A stretch of 48,489 bases of DNA, the filler included, from Jimgerdemannia flammicorona (lineage: Eukaryota): assembly GCA_003990765.1 (NCBI GenBank). It is 2 parts of 2 records of this genome, joined end to end, with 100 filler letters (N's around TTAATTAATTAA, not from the genome) between each part and the next. Parts side by side here need not be neighbours in the genome. Positions count along the whole stretch, not along the records: positions 1 to 24,202 come from RBNJ01001008.1; 1 more part is not named here. One strand, written 5' to 3'. A model generated the notes under the pieces. The model saw only the letters and a program-made list of their open reading frames with translations, ran no database searches and was not told the DNA's origin. A program made the position numbers and the translations under genes. The first letter of the stretch is position 1; each line of letters begins with the position of its first letter. This document shows positions 10,752-24,302 of this stretch, one piece after another.

Positions 10752-12196
10752 TGTGACAAACCACAAAATGTAGCAATCTCAAAAACCTAACCAGGTGACG
10801 TGAACATTAGCATAGCATAGTAATCAGCAACCATTGCTGTGGAAAAATGTATAAATAACCAGATAGCCAAAGAAGGGAATAATGTAAACAGTGGCTGTCC
10901 TCTAGACAGTGGCTGTCCACTGGACAGTGACCATCCACCCAAACACACCATAGATAGCAAATCTATAGTTAGCCAGGTAGCAACCAGATAGCAACCACAA
11001 TGTATAAATTACCCCAGAGAATAAACCTCAGTCCGAAATTCAAAGCAAAAGACAAGTCTGCCCACCACACTTCGAGAGGAACTCTACAGCTACTGCTAGG
11101 AGATTGTGAGCTTATTTCCCCACTCCGGTCCACTTTCTGACACAAAGAATGAGTCTGAAATACAAATATCAAAGAAGCCTCTAAAGATTGAGCATTGGTC
11201 CCCTTTCCACTCCGGTCCACTTTCTGATACAAAGCTGATTTTGCCACCTAAGTTCAAGGAGAACTTCGTCACCTTTTGAAGAACCCACCACTTAAGGAAT
11301 AAGCCATGCTATTGGTACGCTTGCCAGATAAGCCTGAAGAAACTAAGTTTTTGCTGCCATTCTTGCCATAAGCCAGTCTTTCTGATGCAACTTCACAGTA
11401 GAGCCAGTCTATGATGCAACCCCATATAAACGAAGCCAGTCTTTGATGTAACTTGCCAAGAATCTGAGTTATTTCCCAGAAGCCCGCCAATTCCGGAGAA
11501 TCTGCATCATCCACCATTTTCAAGTTATCTGCATTCTCAGTTGAAGCCACTGATTCAGGAAGAATCCATGCCATCATATTCCCAGAAGAGCTTGCCAATT
11601 CAGGAAGAATCCATATCATCCAAGTAGTATTCCCAGTTGAAGCCGAATCTGTGTCATCTGAGTTATTCATTGTTCCCAGTAAGCCCGAGGAGAACCCGTC
11701 ACCAGTACAATTCCCAGTAAGAAGGATCCACACTACTCTCTATTCCCAGTGAGCCAAATCGAGTTATCTGCCAAATTATCAGAATGTCCTGCATAAGGAA
11801 CTCATCATGCTACACAGAGATTGCCACCCAAATCATATAAGGAAAGCCACCAAATTACCAGACTGTCATGTATAGAGATCGTCGCGCTACACAGAAATCA
11901 CCCATTACTCAAGAAGGAAACTGCTTGTGCTACATACAAATTCTGCTATTCCCAGTTGACCCAGGAAGGAAACTCATTCACACAAATCGCTGCTACACCC
12001 AGAGAATCATCCCAATTAGAAAATCGACATACAAATCGCTCACAGATATCCAGCTTTGACTATTATACCACTAAACACCAAGGACCTCAGGAATCTTAGA
12101 ACATTTTGTTGCTTTTGACAAAGTAACTGAGGGCTCAAGCCAAACTACATTAACCCCCAACCTTGTAATTTGCCTCCATTGAGCCAGCACATTACA
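10752..12196 (+). repeat. 3' LTR of element 1 (1445 bp)
   Basis: Direct repeat of 1738-3191 lacking 9 bp (caagagtga). The other differences I inspected are C/T and G/A transitions. Confidence 0.97.
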
Positions 12197-13135
12197 GTAG
12201 TGTGATCTCCAAAAGTATGTGGTTTCTGGGTGATGATCTCTTGTATGGCATGATGATCTCTATATAGTATGGCAGATTCTTTATGTAGGATGTTCTGATA
12301 ATTTGGCAGTTAACTCAATTTGGCGCAGATTCTCCTTACTGGGAATTATACTGGTGGCAGATTCTTCTCAGGCTCACTGGGAACAAATAACTCAAATGTC
12401 GCAGAAACTCGGATGGCACAAATTGAGCTCTTCTGGGAATAATAACTCAGATGTTGCAGAAACTTAGATGGTGTGAATTGGGCTCTTCTGGGAATAATAA
12501 CTCAGGTGGTATGGATTCTTCTTGAATCAGCTGCTTCAACTGAGAAATAACTTGATAGTGTGGATAACTCAGATGTCGCAGATTCTTCTTGAATTGGCAG
12601 CTTCAACTGGGAATATGAACAACTGGTGGCTTTTTGGGAAAGGGTCTCTTGGCAAAGTTACATCAAAGACTGGCTTCATTTGTACAAATGGATTTACTGT
12701 GAAGTTGTATCAGAAACTGGCTTGAGCAAGGTAGCTTTTTTTTAGGCTTTCTGAAAATACAGATAACTTGGAAATAGTGGTGAAGTCTTTCACTTGAACT
12801 TAGCAGCAAACTCAGATTCTTCAGGCTTATCTGGCAAGCAAACCAATAGCACAGCTTATTCCTTAAGTAGTGGGTTTCTCTTCAAAAGGTAGTTAAGTTC
12901 TTTCTTGAACTTGGTGGCAAATCTTCAGCAAGGCTTTGTATCGGAAAGTGGACTGGAGTGGGAAAATAAGCTCACAATCTCCTAGTAGTGGCTGTAGAGT
13001 TCCTCTCAAAGTATGGTAGGCAGACTTGTCTTTTGCTTCAATTTTGGACTAAGGTTTATTCACTCTTGTCTCTGGGGTAATTTATACTGTTATGGTTGCT
13101 ATGGGTTACTATGTTGCTAACTATAGATTGCTAAC
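12197..13135 (-). repeat. Right piece of the reverse LTR split by element 1, truncated by a LINE poly(A) tail
   Basis: Continues 1476-1737 and shares blocks with LTR 22962-24050 (ctccaaaagtatgtg, gggaaagggtctcttggcaaagtta). Contains repeated ctgggaataataactcag units at ~12375-12580. Confidence 0.85.
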
Positions 13136-14945
13136 TTTTTTTTTTTTTTTTATAGTTACTTGGACTTCTTTATTACTCAAATCTCTAATACAACAATGCT
13201 CCTATCTGATAACTACTATATATCTAATATATAGAGCAGAGCCCATCAGCCCACACTTTCTCTCCACTGTACCCCTCTGTCATCCAGCACCAGGTGCCCA
13301 TGACTCCTCTGCACAATGTCCTATACCTTCCTCATGGCTCCTAACTAGTGTCTCTTTCCCTGAAACCACTACCCTTGTACTACTTCCAGAAGCAACCATC
13401 TCCACTACTCCAACAATTCACCAATTCCCATCCAGGGATCTCTCTTGAACACTCATCTCCAGTGTACTGCCATCAGGACCCAGACACCAAGGATATGGCC
13501 CAAGCTCCCCCATATGTCCCCAGTCTCTCCCACCAGTTGGTGCTTGATCACCAGACCAGTGGGGCCCCCTGGTTGTCTACCCTCATGACCCCAATATCCT
13601 TCCAATATCTGTCAGTACTCTTCAACCCTCAGGCATGCTACCAATATATGTTCTGGTGTCTGTACTATACTGCCATCTATCTCACAACACCACTCACATT
13701 CTCTTATATCTTCCACATTCATCCATCCTATCTGGTACCCCAACATTACATTCCTCCTCAAAAATCTCCACCATACTACCCAAAACTTTAGTGGAACCAC
13801 TGTGAGCAAGAAGTCCCCTCATCGCCATATCTGACCCCACTCCCAATCTTCACCAAACTCAGCCTTCTGCCAACCAACTGGCCACCTCTCCAGTGGGCCT
13901 GTCTTGATTCATTCCATTGCTCCAGACAGAGAGTATTCTGGCAACCAGTGGCCACCAATACAAAGGTCTCCTAGTCACCACCATTTCTGCTCTGGGTCCT
14001 CCTTATTACCTGGCTCTGAACCAGTAAGTCTCATTGCCAGCCAGGTCTCTACAATATCCCACCAAAACCTCTTGTAATACAATCTACTGATCCTTCCCAC
14101 CTGAAGCAAACCCCACATATTCTTCCTTGTCTCACCATAGGGGCAGAACCTGACCTCCCAATTGTCCATAGCCAGTCTGTCCCAACTATCTACACTTAGT
14201 TCTGCCATTTGACAAACCCACCAGCCTCAAAGTGTCTTTAACCACCTCTGAAAGTCCACCAGCTCCAGACCACCATCCAACATCTGTATCACTACTGCCT
14301 TCCAACTAATCTGCAGCCTTTTTTCTTGCTACAGCCATCCTTCTACTACCTTCTTCAGATGCTGTACCACCCAACCAGATAAGTCCAAATGGTACTCTAG
14401 ATACCACAGCTTAGGCAACCAGTATATATTTAGTACTACAACCCTTCTGACTAAGGAGAAGCCCCTTCCTAACCATCCTGTCAAGGCACTCTCCCACTTC
14501 CATATCATACCACACCACCACTCCTTTGGCAGCACTGTTCTATATACTGAAAACCAGATATCCAAATATTGGACTACCTCTCCTGTACCAACTGTTCATC
14601 CAAACTGTCCATTCACTCCAAGCCCAGCCCCAAGTTCCATGGTCTCACACTTGCCCCAATTCAATTTTGCCCCTGCCAGCCTCTCATATTATCCAACCCC
14701 TTTCTGCAGGCTTTCAATATCCTCCATACAGCCTAACCCAACCACTATATCATCTACAAAGGCCCCCAACTTCCAAACCACATCCCCCATCTACAATCCA
14801 GTCAGTCTCCCCTTCAGCCAAGCAATAAAGGCTCCAAGGACAAAATATAGAGCAGGGGTGAGAGAGGATCCCCCTGTGGTACACCTCTCCCCAAGGCAAA
14901 CTCTGGGCCATACCACTCATTCATCAGTACTGCTGCTCAACATCC
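13136..14945 (-). mobile_element. 5'-truncated L1/Tx1-like LINE (ORF2 C-terminal part, 3' UTR, poly(A))
   Basis: T-run at 13136-13151. VLNIYWLPKLWY motif shared with LINE 28761-34638. Shared 3' terminal motif. Confidence 0.85.
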
Positions 14946-16075
14946 CTTTTTTTTTTTTTTGTTTAACAGACTCATGTCCTGCGGATTTTTATTGGAAGAG
15001 AACCTAGACTATATAGGCCAAAACCCTCCCCCACCACCCACCAAGCACTGCCCCCCCATTAATCTAGGCTAGCTATTGTCCAGCAGCTCGACCATGCCAG
15101 GCACAGCAGGGCCGATGTAGACCCACACCTCATTCTGCACACCATGCTCTCCCTACCACCAGGGGAAACCCAACCATATGCCAATGACTGAAAGCGCATG
15201 CCTGAGAACCCAATGTATGTACAAGGCTATGCCTGAGCCGAATAGAATAGCCCCTGCCACCCCAAAGAGAATGACAGGTAAAGAAAAAACACTCATCAAA
15301 GCACAACATGGTGGGTAGGGTCTGGTTCTCCCAGTCAAGGTGAGTAAAGAACTTACATGTGAGGTGGGAGGAAACCCCCAATACCCCACTACTCAAGCCT
15401 GTAGGCCTCGATCATGTTGCCACATCAGCTCTCAGTTTCAGTTGAGTGCAGCCAAGATGCCTGAAATAGGTAGCCTCAGACCTCCCTATCTTCTTCATCA
15501 CCTGTCTCTCAAGAGTTGGCAGCCCTTCTACCACCAGACATAATGCATGTGGATCCCACCTCAGATACCTTACCATTCCAATCTTGATGCTCTTGACTAC
15601 CAACCCTTTCTCCAGAGCCTTCACCATCTTCTCCTCCTCCATGAAGCCAATCTCCACTGCCTCCACTGATGGAATGAACTTCAGGGACTCTGCATCAGCA
15701 ATCTTCTCTCCCACTAGCTGCAAAACCTCCCTGGCAGACAAGCCCAGTCCCAGAAAATTCACCAAGATCATCTACATCAATACTGATTTGTAGAAAAAAG
15801 AATGCACTACTAGTTCTCCAGAGCTAGCTACCATTGTCACCTTCTCCTTACTTTCTGAGATACCAGCAGTCACCCCACCAGCCACAGGAAGCTCACCAGC
15901 AGTTCTACCTCCAGCCATCAGTTCAGCTATCAGCCCAGCCCCAGGAATGCCAGTCTCAGCTGTCCCACCTCTGGACCCCTGTCCCCTGGCAGTCACCTGA
16001 CCTGCTATCTGACCAGTTACCTGACTCCCCCCCCTGTCAACACTATGTCTCCCCTGCCCTACCTCCATGGGCCTA
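14946..16075 (-). mobile_element. LINE-derived element: ORF1 N-terminal part joined to a non-ORF2 3' tail and poly(A)
   Basis: ORFs 15772-16068 and 15412-15771 (ILVNFLGLGLSAREVLQLV...VEIGF...MVRYLRWDP) resemble ORF1 of the other LINEs. AATAAA and a T-run (~14947-14960) are present. Confidence 0.7.
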
Positions 16076-19000
16076 GTGTCCTCAGAGTTTATCCATCTAT
16101 GCTTCTTAAATAGATACTAGTTCCTCTGATATTGTGTACAAGATAAGGTCCTTCCCATTTGGACTTCAGTTTGGTGGCAAAGTTTGTTTTAATCATACTT
16201 CTCCAAACTAGTACTTGATCTCCAAACTTGATCTCCTAATCCTTTTACTTCTGGTCATAATACTTCTTTTGTCTTTCTTGAGCTTTGATAATCTGGACTT
16301 AGGCTTGATTACATAACTGATCTGCCTTCTTGAGGAGGTCTCCAAGATTCTCATGGTCAGCAGTTCAGATTTTCTTAGCAAATATCATCTTGAATGGCTT
16401 TTGTTTAGTAGAGGCAGCAGAGGTGTTACAAATTTCCCATAGAATCTCAAGTAAGCAGAGATCCCAGTTGGTAGGATTAACTTGGGCAAGTTCTTTCTTG
16501 ATGGCCTGGTTCATTCTTTCTATCACACCATTGGTCTGAGAGTAGTATGATGTGATCCATTTGAGGTAGATCTTGTGAATTTGGGTATAACTTGTAATCA
16601 TGTTGTTGATGAATTCTGTGCCTCAGTCTGAGATGAGTTCTTCTGAAGATCCATATCTGAGTGTGAGTTCATAGAGGAGGCCTACAATGGTTAAGACATC
16701 TGTGATTTCCATTGGGAAAACCTCAGGCCACTTGGTCAGATATTCCACAAATATAAGGATATACTTGTTTCTTCTTGGTGTAACTGATAGGGGTCCAATT
16801 ACATCTACTCCCCATCTTTGAAAGATGTTGTCTGGTGGTATGATTGGTTGTAGTAGTGCTTGATAATTCTTCCTTCCTTAGTACTTCTGACAGGTGTCAC
16901 ATTTCTTGAGTATATCCTGGAGTTATGTTCTGAGATTAGGCCAATATTTGTGTATTGTTTGCAACTTTTCTTCTATATTTGTCTGTCCTTGATGGGCTTT
17001 CTGATATTCTTTTTAGATGAGATCTTTTTGTGCCTTAATGGTCTGAGGAGCTTCCTTTAGGGTGTAGTTTCTTGGAACACCCTTCTTCTGGTTCATTGGG
17101 GTTGGCAGAAAAGTATATCAACATTGTTGTGATTGTGAATGATGGTGATTTTGTAATCCTGAAGGATAAGGATCTAGCATGCTAGAATTCCAGTAGGTTC
17201 CTTATAGTTGAATAGCCATTTGAGAGCTACATGGTCTGTGATCAGAGTGAACCTTTTTCTGATAAGGTAATGCTTGAACAAGGTGACCGCCTATATGACT
17301 GCAAGGTACTCCAGTTTGGTGCTACCATAGTGTTATTGGCCAAGTCCTTCTTAGACTAGAACTGCTCCTAAGTCATCTTTGAAGGTATCTGTATACAAGA
17401 TGAATGACTTCTGTAGATTGGGGCAGATAAGGATTGGTGCTGTAGCCATGTGGTTCTTGAGTTCTTTGAAGGCTTTCTCTTATAACTCTGTCTATTTGTA
17501 AGGTACTTCTTTCTTGAGAAGGATCTGGATTGGGGCAGCAATTTGGGCAAAGTCCTTAATAAACCTTCTGTAGTAGGATACTAGTATCAGAAATGATAGT
17601 GTTTCCTTTGAGGTCTTGGATACTGGCCATTGTTGATCTTCTTGGTTTTTTTTGGATCTATATGGATTCCTTCTTTTGAAACTATAAATCCAAGGAATTC
17701 AAGTTTCTATTTCCCAAAGTAGTATTTCTTAGCATTGAGTCTCAGGTGGTTCTTGTGAGTGAGCTTGAAGAATTCTTCCAGGTATCCTTGAAATTTGCTG
17801 AATAGATGTTTGAATCATCTATATATACAATCAGGCAGTGGTAAATCAAGGGGGTATAGACTGAATTCATCATCCTCTAGAAGGTGGGGGGGTGCATTGC
17901 AAAGTCCAAAGGGCATTCAGAGATATTCGAACAGTTTTCCTAGAGCAAGAAAGACTGTCTTTTGAATGTCATTTGGGTCCATGGAGATTTCATGGAATTC
18001 TGCGAAAAGATATATACTGCTGAAGTATCTGGCATCTTGTAACTGATCCAAGAGGTCATCAATTCTGGGCAAAGGATAGACATCCTTTTCAGTGACTTAA
18101 TTGAGTTTTCTGTAGTCTACACAGAGTCTCTATCCTCCTTTCTTTGGTACAATAAGTATAGGGCTGGCCCAAGGGCTAGTTGAGAGTCAGATGACTTCAT
18201 TGTCCAAGAGTTCTTGAATGTGCTCTTTTTTGAATGTCTTTAGGTGATGGGGTATTCTATAGGGTTTCTGCTGGATGGGTGTTGTATTTCCTGTATTTAT
18301 ACTGTAGTGATATGATAGATTGTATGGCAGGTTGCCATAGTCTGTAGTAAAGATATCTTAATATTTATTGAGGAGTTCTACTAGTTGTTGCTATTGCTGG
18401 GGTGTCAATTCTTCTCCAGTGTTGGTAGAAGGCTTCACTGTCTCCTGGGTCACAGAGGGGCCTTTCCTTTCTTCTAAGACCTTTTACTATTTCCCAATAA
18501 GTTTAGCTCATAAACTTCTCTATGAGTTCAGTTGAGAAATAGCACCAGATGTCCTATGATAGTTCCTTTTGGCAAGATGATGGTTTCCCAACTCTGGTTG
18601 GTTGCTCAGGAATATACTGGGTTCATTTTGTCAGGAAATGTGTGTTCTTCTATATCCAGATATGGGATATCTTCTTTGGATTCAAAGAAGAGATTCCTGG
18701 GATCAGGTGGTGCAAAGATTTCGAAAGTGGTCTGTTCTCTAGGCTCTAGGATGAGATTCTTGTGTAGTTTGATTGGTTGGCAGTACACTTGCTGGGGGGC
18801 ATTCCTCTTGAGGTGATTAACCTGAAGAAGGTGCACTTCCTTTATATCTGAACTTCCAAATCCTTTGGCTTGCCTGATTCTCTCAGTCAGTTCAGAGACT
18901 TCTTGTAACTGTGGGGTTTTGACTTTCATAAAGACTGCCTGGGCAATCTTCTGTCCTCTTATAATTTGGTGCCATTCTGTACTGTTATTGTGCAGGATAA

Positions 19001-22000
19001 CCTTGATTTCACCTATATATTCTGGGTCAATAGTTTCTCCTTCTACAGTTATTCCTTGTCTGGCAAGCCCAGACCTTGAGGTCAGTTGAATGTAAGTTCC
19101 TTGGGGTAGCTATATAGCTAGTCCAGTTCTGATCATGAATGTTTTTCCAGACTTAATGGATTCATCCTCCAGACTGTGAAGATCATATACTACAACTTCT
19201 GGGTAGGCTTTGGTTGAGGGTTTGGCCTTGGGATGTAGCAGGGTATACTGAGTAACATCCTTACTAAGTTTGGGCTGTCCTTGGGCTGAAGCTCTGCTAG
19301 CAGAGAGCCTCCAGGCTCTGAGGTTGAGGTGTGGCCATCTGGCTCCAGTGGAGGGGTCTCAGAGATAATTGATTCCTCTTTTTCCTGTAGGGTCTAGGGC
19401 TTCCATGAAGTTGGTGGCATCTTCTACCCATCCTTGGTGGGTGGCATGTCTGATGAGAGCTAGGATGTCTTCTCCTAAATCATAAATCTTGAGGATCCTT
19501 CTTTCTGGCTTCTTGGTCTGGCTTTTTCAGATCTGGCCTCTGTTATCTTCTCTCTTCAGAGTGTGGATTGCAACATTATGGCTGAGGTGGATCTTCTGAT
19601 GTCTGCAGTCTTGGCAGTCTGGGTGTCTTCCATAATTACAATATTCCATTGCTCAAAAATGCTGTCCCCTGTTGTTGATCTCTTGTTGTCTTGGGAACTA
19701 GTACCCATCTTGATCATAAGTTGGGAGAAGAGTGGATAAGGAGTATACTTCTGTTTGGGTGAAGAGACCTTGTCCTCTAAATCAACTTTGTAACTTGGTG
19801 GTAGCTTCTTGTAAGGTGGTTGACTGTGCAACTGTAGTCAGGGGTTCTGGTCTTTGAGGTCTTTATCTTTCTTACTGATCCAGTAGATGGCACTAATAGT
19901 AATAGTTTTGGGAAGAGTGGAAGACCATATGATACAGATATCTTCCTAGCCAAAAAGCCCTTTCTTGGTGAGTTTCTTTCTTGGATATGATGGGAATTAT
20001 GCTGGGTCCTTCTTCAGTGTTCCAGGAGTTATCATCTATGGGTGGTGCCCAGCAAGAGTCATCCCAGGGGATGAGTTCAGGGACTTCTTCCTTTTTGGAT
20101 ACTTCCTGTTCAGGAGTTTCTTCTTTCTCAGATGATTCTTGACCCCAGATTGCTTGTACTTCTGCAGCTTTAGCTATAGGTATTTCTGGGACATGTCTGC
20201 ATTTCTTCTTCTTCTTTCTGCACTTGGGGCAGGCTATGCCAGGTGAATTCCTTGTCCCAATAATCTTGGAGGAGTGCTCAGGGCATTTTTGTCTCTTGAG
20301 GCAGGTAGGGCATCCTTTGGACTCTCCTGCAATAGCTCCAATAGTAATAGGAATGGTATTCTTGGCCCACACATTGTCTTCTGGCCTGTCATCCACCAGG
20401 TTGATTTGGAGATTGAGTCTGGAATCATTTCTATTTTCAGATTCTTCTTCTTCTTCTGTAGTAGACTCTTTACTGCTGGCATATTTCTCCTGGATAGTGA
20501 TCTTCTTCTTCTTCTTCAATTGCTCATAACTGATCACCTTAACTTTGTACTTCTTGTCTCAGTAGTCAAACTTGAGTACTTGTTGACTGATATCAACAAC
20601 TGTATTCATTTCCTTCATCCAGTTGGTGCCAAGGGTTATGTCATAAGTAACAGCTTCAGTGACAACAGCCTTTAGGATAGAGAACTGAATGTATCCGAGA
20701 GAGATAGTGATGTTTCATACTTCTCCAAGGGGTTGAGTTCGGGCTCTATCTGCTACTATGATGCTGAGGTTGGATGGTCCATCAATGGGCCATTAGAGGG
20801 TATCCAGGAATTGTTTGGTAATGATACAGACAGCTGCTCCTGTGTCTATGAGGATCTTCACCTTTTGTCCTCTAATGTCTCCATGTAAATAGGTGCTGAC
20901 ATGTCTCTCTGCAGCCTGGATAGGGGTGGGGGTTGGCTCTTGCCATGGGACTGGGACCCAGCCAGTACTAGATCTAGTAGTTCTCAGTAATTTGTTTCAA
21001 ACTCCAGCCAGTGTCAATTGTAGGAACTGCAGGAGAGGGACTTCTATCTTGGCTTCTTGAATCTTCTGCCAGGCTTCATTGTAGATATCTCTGGGCATAG
21101 TCTTTGGGGTGTACTTCTTCTTAGGCTTTGGGGTAGTAGGTTCTCATTCTTCTTGCTCCATTTTTCATCCTCTGGTAGCAACTCATTTATTTCAGGGACA
21201 AAAGATGATGGAGTCTGGGGAGGTGTTTCTACCTGCTCTTCTTTATGTTTTTCATCTTCTTTTTGAACAATTCTCCTGCTGATATTCCTAGATAGCCTTC
21301 CTACAGGTCTTTTCCTTTTCTCTGCTGGGTAGACTGTCTTTCAGGTGGTGACTTTGGCTGGGTACAAGTCTAGATCACTGTAGTCCTCACTGTTGCTTTC
21401 TTCTTCAAAATCTTCGACAGGATGAGCTTCAGTCTTCTTATACTGAGTTTTATTTCTTTAGTTTGGTAATTCTGGGTCCCTTCAGTCACCTCTTTTATTG
21501 TCACATTCAGTGACATAGTGTCTGAATTATCTATAGTGGAAGCATTGGACTTGGGCTCTGTCTCAGACAGGATATCTTCTTTCTTCTTACTGGTAGTTCC
21601 TGTTATCTCTTAGTAGATAACCTTGACTCCTTTGTGGTGAGTATTCTCTGTTGTCTTGATAACTCTGATTTGTATATATGGTGAGTTTTTCAATCTGTCC
21701 AACCAATTGGTCTAACTTTGAGCTCAGGTCTTGAATTTCACTTCTGTTTTTCTTTCCTTCTTTGGCTGGCCTTCTTTCTTCAGATCTCTCCTGTTCTTAA
21801 AGGAGTCCTTGCAGGGCTTTGACCAGGATATCTTCTTTGTCATCCTTCTTATCATGGTTACTCCAGATAGTTCCTTGTCTGATATCAAAGAATTCTTGGA
21901 CTATATCTACTTATTTTTCAGACCTTCTGATACCTAGGATGCAAATATGCTGGGTAATGTTTGGGGGAATTCCATTCATGAAGGTCATTGGACCTATGAT

Positions 22001-24050
22001 GTCTTGGTTGGTGGCATTGAACCCAGCTACATGCATTCTCTTCTGAATTCTTGTGAAGAATGCTCTGGGTGATTCTCTAAGATTCATCTTCATCCCTATG
22101 ATGGATTCTTGAGCCTTGTGGCAGGTTTCACTTTCTGCATATTTTTCAATGAGCCAGTGGGCCATAGCTACATATTCTAGCTCATAGGATGCTGCTGCTT
22201 ATATTTCTGCTGCTAGTACTGAGTGTGGGTCAGTTACTGTTCAGTGGAAAATTCCTCTGGCTGGTTCTCTGAGCTGGACCTTATAGATGGTGATTTTCCT
22301 TTCATCTGAGAGATTCCTCAGGGCTGCAATTCCTTCAATTTCATCTAGGAATTCTCTAGGGTCTTCCTCTGGATATCCTGCAAAGGTTGGCAATGGGTTG
22401 GTCATCACTTTCTTCTGATTCTGGTTCTGATCTGGATTCTTATTCAGATTCTGACTCTGATTTGCTTTCTGAGCTGTTGCTGGAGATGGGGGTACTTGGG
22501 TATCTTGAGGATGGTGTTATAGATCTTGGATGAAGTAGAATGAGCCTAGATATCCTTGAAGGAGCTGCTTCTAATTCTACAATAGCTGGTGGTAAAGATT
22601 CAATAGGTGAGATTGGTGGGACTGCTGTGTAGTATCTGGCTGCTGGATTTCAGGCTTGTATAATAAGATCTTCTAGTTCTTGGGCAAGTTCTTCAAAGTC
22701 TCCAACAGGGTCTCCTATGATATCTGGTTAATCTGATTGAAGATTTTGGGCTATACTGATTTCTGATTGAGATCTTTCTGATGCTGGATAATGGGCAGCT
22801 CTTGAGGTAATTACTTCTCTTCCTGTCTAAATGCTAGTAATGACCAGTTCTCCTGTAGTGACAGAGATTGCTATTATATCAAATGTATCCAACTTGACTG
22901 TGGCTTCTTGTGAGCTAAAAAGTCATATCAATTTGAAAATATTTCCAGTTGAGCCCCTAAATATAATATACCTGGCTCAATAGAGGCAAATTATAAGGTT
23001 GGGGGTTGATGTAGTTTGGCTTGAGCCCCCAGTTACTTTGTTAAAAGCAACAAAATGTTCTTGTTATTTTAGCAGTATAATAGTCAAAGCTGGATATCTG
23101 TGAGTAATTTCCTTTTTGGGACAGATTCTTAGAATTTGTATGCATGGTGGTTTCTGTATAGCATGACAATCTCCAAAAGTATGTGATTTCTGCATGATAA
23201 TCTCTATGTAGTGTGGCAATTTCCTTATACATGACAGTCTGGCAATCTGGCAGTTCTTTTTATATATAATGGTCTGGCAATTTGGCAGTTCTTCTTATAC
23301 AAATTTAGCAGACAACTCAATTTGGTGCAAGTCCTCCTAAATTGGTAGTGCTTCTGAGAATTAACTCAAATGACTTGGATGTTACAGATTCTTCCTGAAT
23401 CAGTGGCTTTAACTGGAAAAAGAGATGGCATGGATTCTTTCTGAACTGGGCTCACTGGGAATAATAACTCAGATAGTATGGATAACTTAGATATCACAGA
23501 TTCTCTCTGAATCAGCAGGTTCTCTGGGAATATGATGGTGCAGATTCTTCCTGAATTGGCAGCTTCAACTAGGAATATGAACAACTGGCAGCTTTGGGAA
23601 AGGGTCTCTTGGCAAAGTTATATCAAAGACTGACTTTATTTGTATAAACAGATTCACTGTGAAGTTGTATTAGAAACTGGCTTGAGCAAGGCAGCTTTCT
23701 CTTAGGTAGTGAAAAAGGCAGAAATCTTCAGGCTTATCTGGTAAGTATACTAATAGTATAGCTTATTTCTTAAGCAGTGGGTTTCTTTTCAAAAGGTGGC
23801 AAAGTTCCTTCTTGAACTTTAGCAGCAAATCTTCAGCTTTGTATCAGAAAGTGAACCAGAGTGAGAATAAGGGGACCAATGCTCAATCTTTAGAGGCTTC
23901 TTTAGTTTGTACTTTAATTCAGACTGAGGTTTATTCACTATTGTCTCTGGGGTATTTTATATATTGTAGTTACTACCTGGTTGCTATGTGGCTAACTATA
24001 GACTTGCTATTTGTGGTAATGTTTAGATATATCCTCTAGATATAGGTGTG
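16076..24050 (-). mobile_element. Second copy of the dUTPase Gypsy family (element 2), lacking the IN end, ORF3 and an adjacent 3' LTR
   Basis: Reverse-complement colinear with element 1: IN ~16076-17090, RH ~17130-17410, RT ~17450-18440, dUTPase ~18845-19250, PR ~20560-20890, gag ~21000-22928, PBS 22943-22959. It has many more stops than element 1. Confidence 0.95.
22962..24050 (-). repeat. 5' LTR of element 2, with its 5' end cut by a LINE tail
   Basis: Adjacent to the PBS and homologous to the element-1 LTR with indels. Ends at the T-run starting at 24053. Confidence 0.88.
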
Positions 24051-24052
<2 letters not shown>

Positions 24053-24095
<43 letters not shown>

Positions 24096-24202
24096 GTCTC
24101 TTGTACTGCCCTTTATTACGGTATCTATAGTGTCTACAATATCAGTCACCCACTTATTCAACCATTGCTTTATGTGCTCTTCTCTTTTTTTTTTTTTTTT
24201 TT
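24053..24202 (-). mobile_element. Very short LINE 3'-end fragment between two poly(A) runs
   Basis: T-run 24053-24092, then atagtctcttgtactgccctttatt (the shared LINE terminus), then a second T-run running into the gap. Confidence 0.75.
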
Positions 24203-24302
24203 NNNNNNNNNNNNNNNNNNNNNNNNNNNNNNNNNNNNNNNNNNNNTTAATTAATTAANNNNNNNNNNNNNNNNNNNNNNNNNNNNNNNNNNNNNNNNNN
24301 NN
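24203..24302. other. Artificial contig spacer (44 N + TTAATTAATTAA + 44 N)
   Basis: A six-frame-stop linker centred in exactly 100 bp. Confidence 0.97.

Larger units (their letters stand above)
1738..12196 (+). mobile_element. Full-length Ty3/Gypsy LTR retrotransposon (element 1, 10.46 kb) with dUTPase and an extra 3' ORF; inactivated
   Basis: Two direct repeats with TG...CA ends, PBS, PPT, and domain order gag-PR-dUTPase-RT-RH-IN. Probable 4-bp TSD: atag (1734-1737) and gtag (12197-12200). Confidence 0.97.

Noticed and set aside
15130..15396. Hydrophobic small ORFs suggesting a membrane peptide
   Set aside because: They have non-ATG starts, overlap in several frames, and have no second copy in the window to support coding.
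24203..24302. Palindromic TTAATTAATTAA within N runs, and ORFs 24048-24254 and 24247-25032 extending into it
   Set aside because: Artificial six-frame-stop contig linker. ORF ends here and adjacency across it are not biological.
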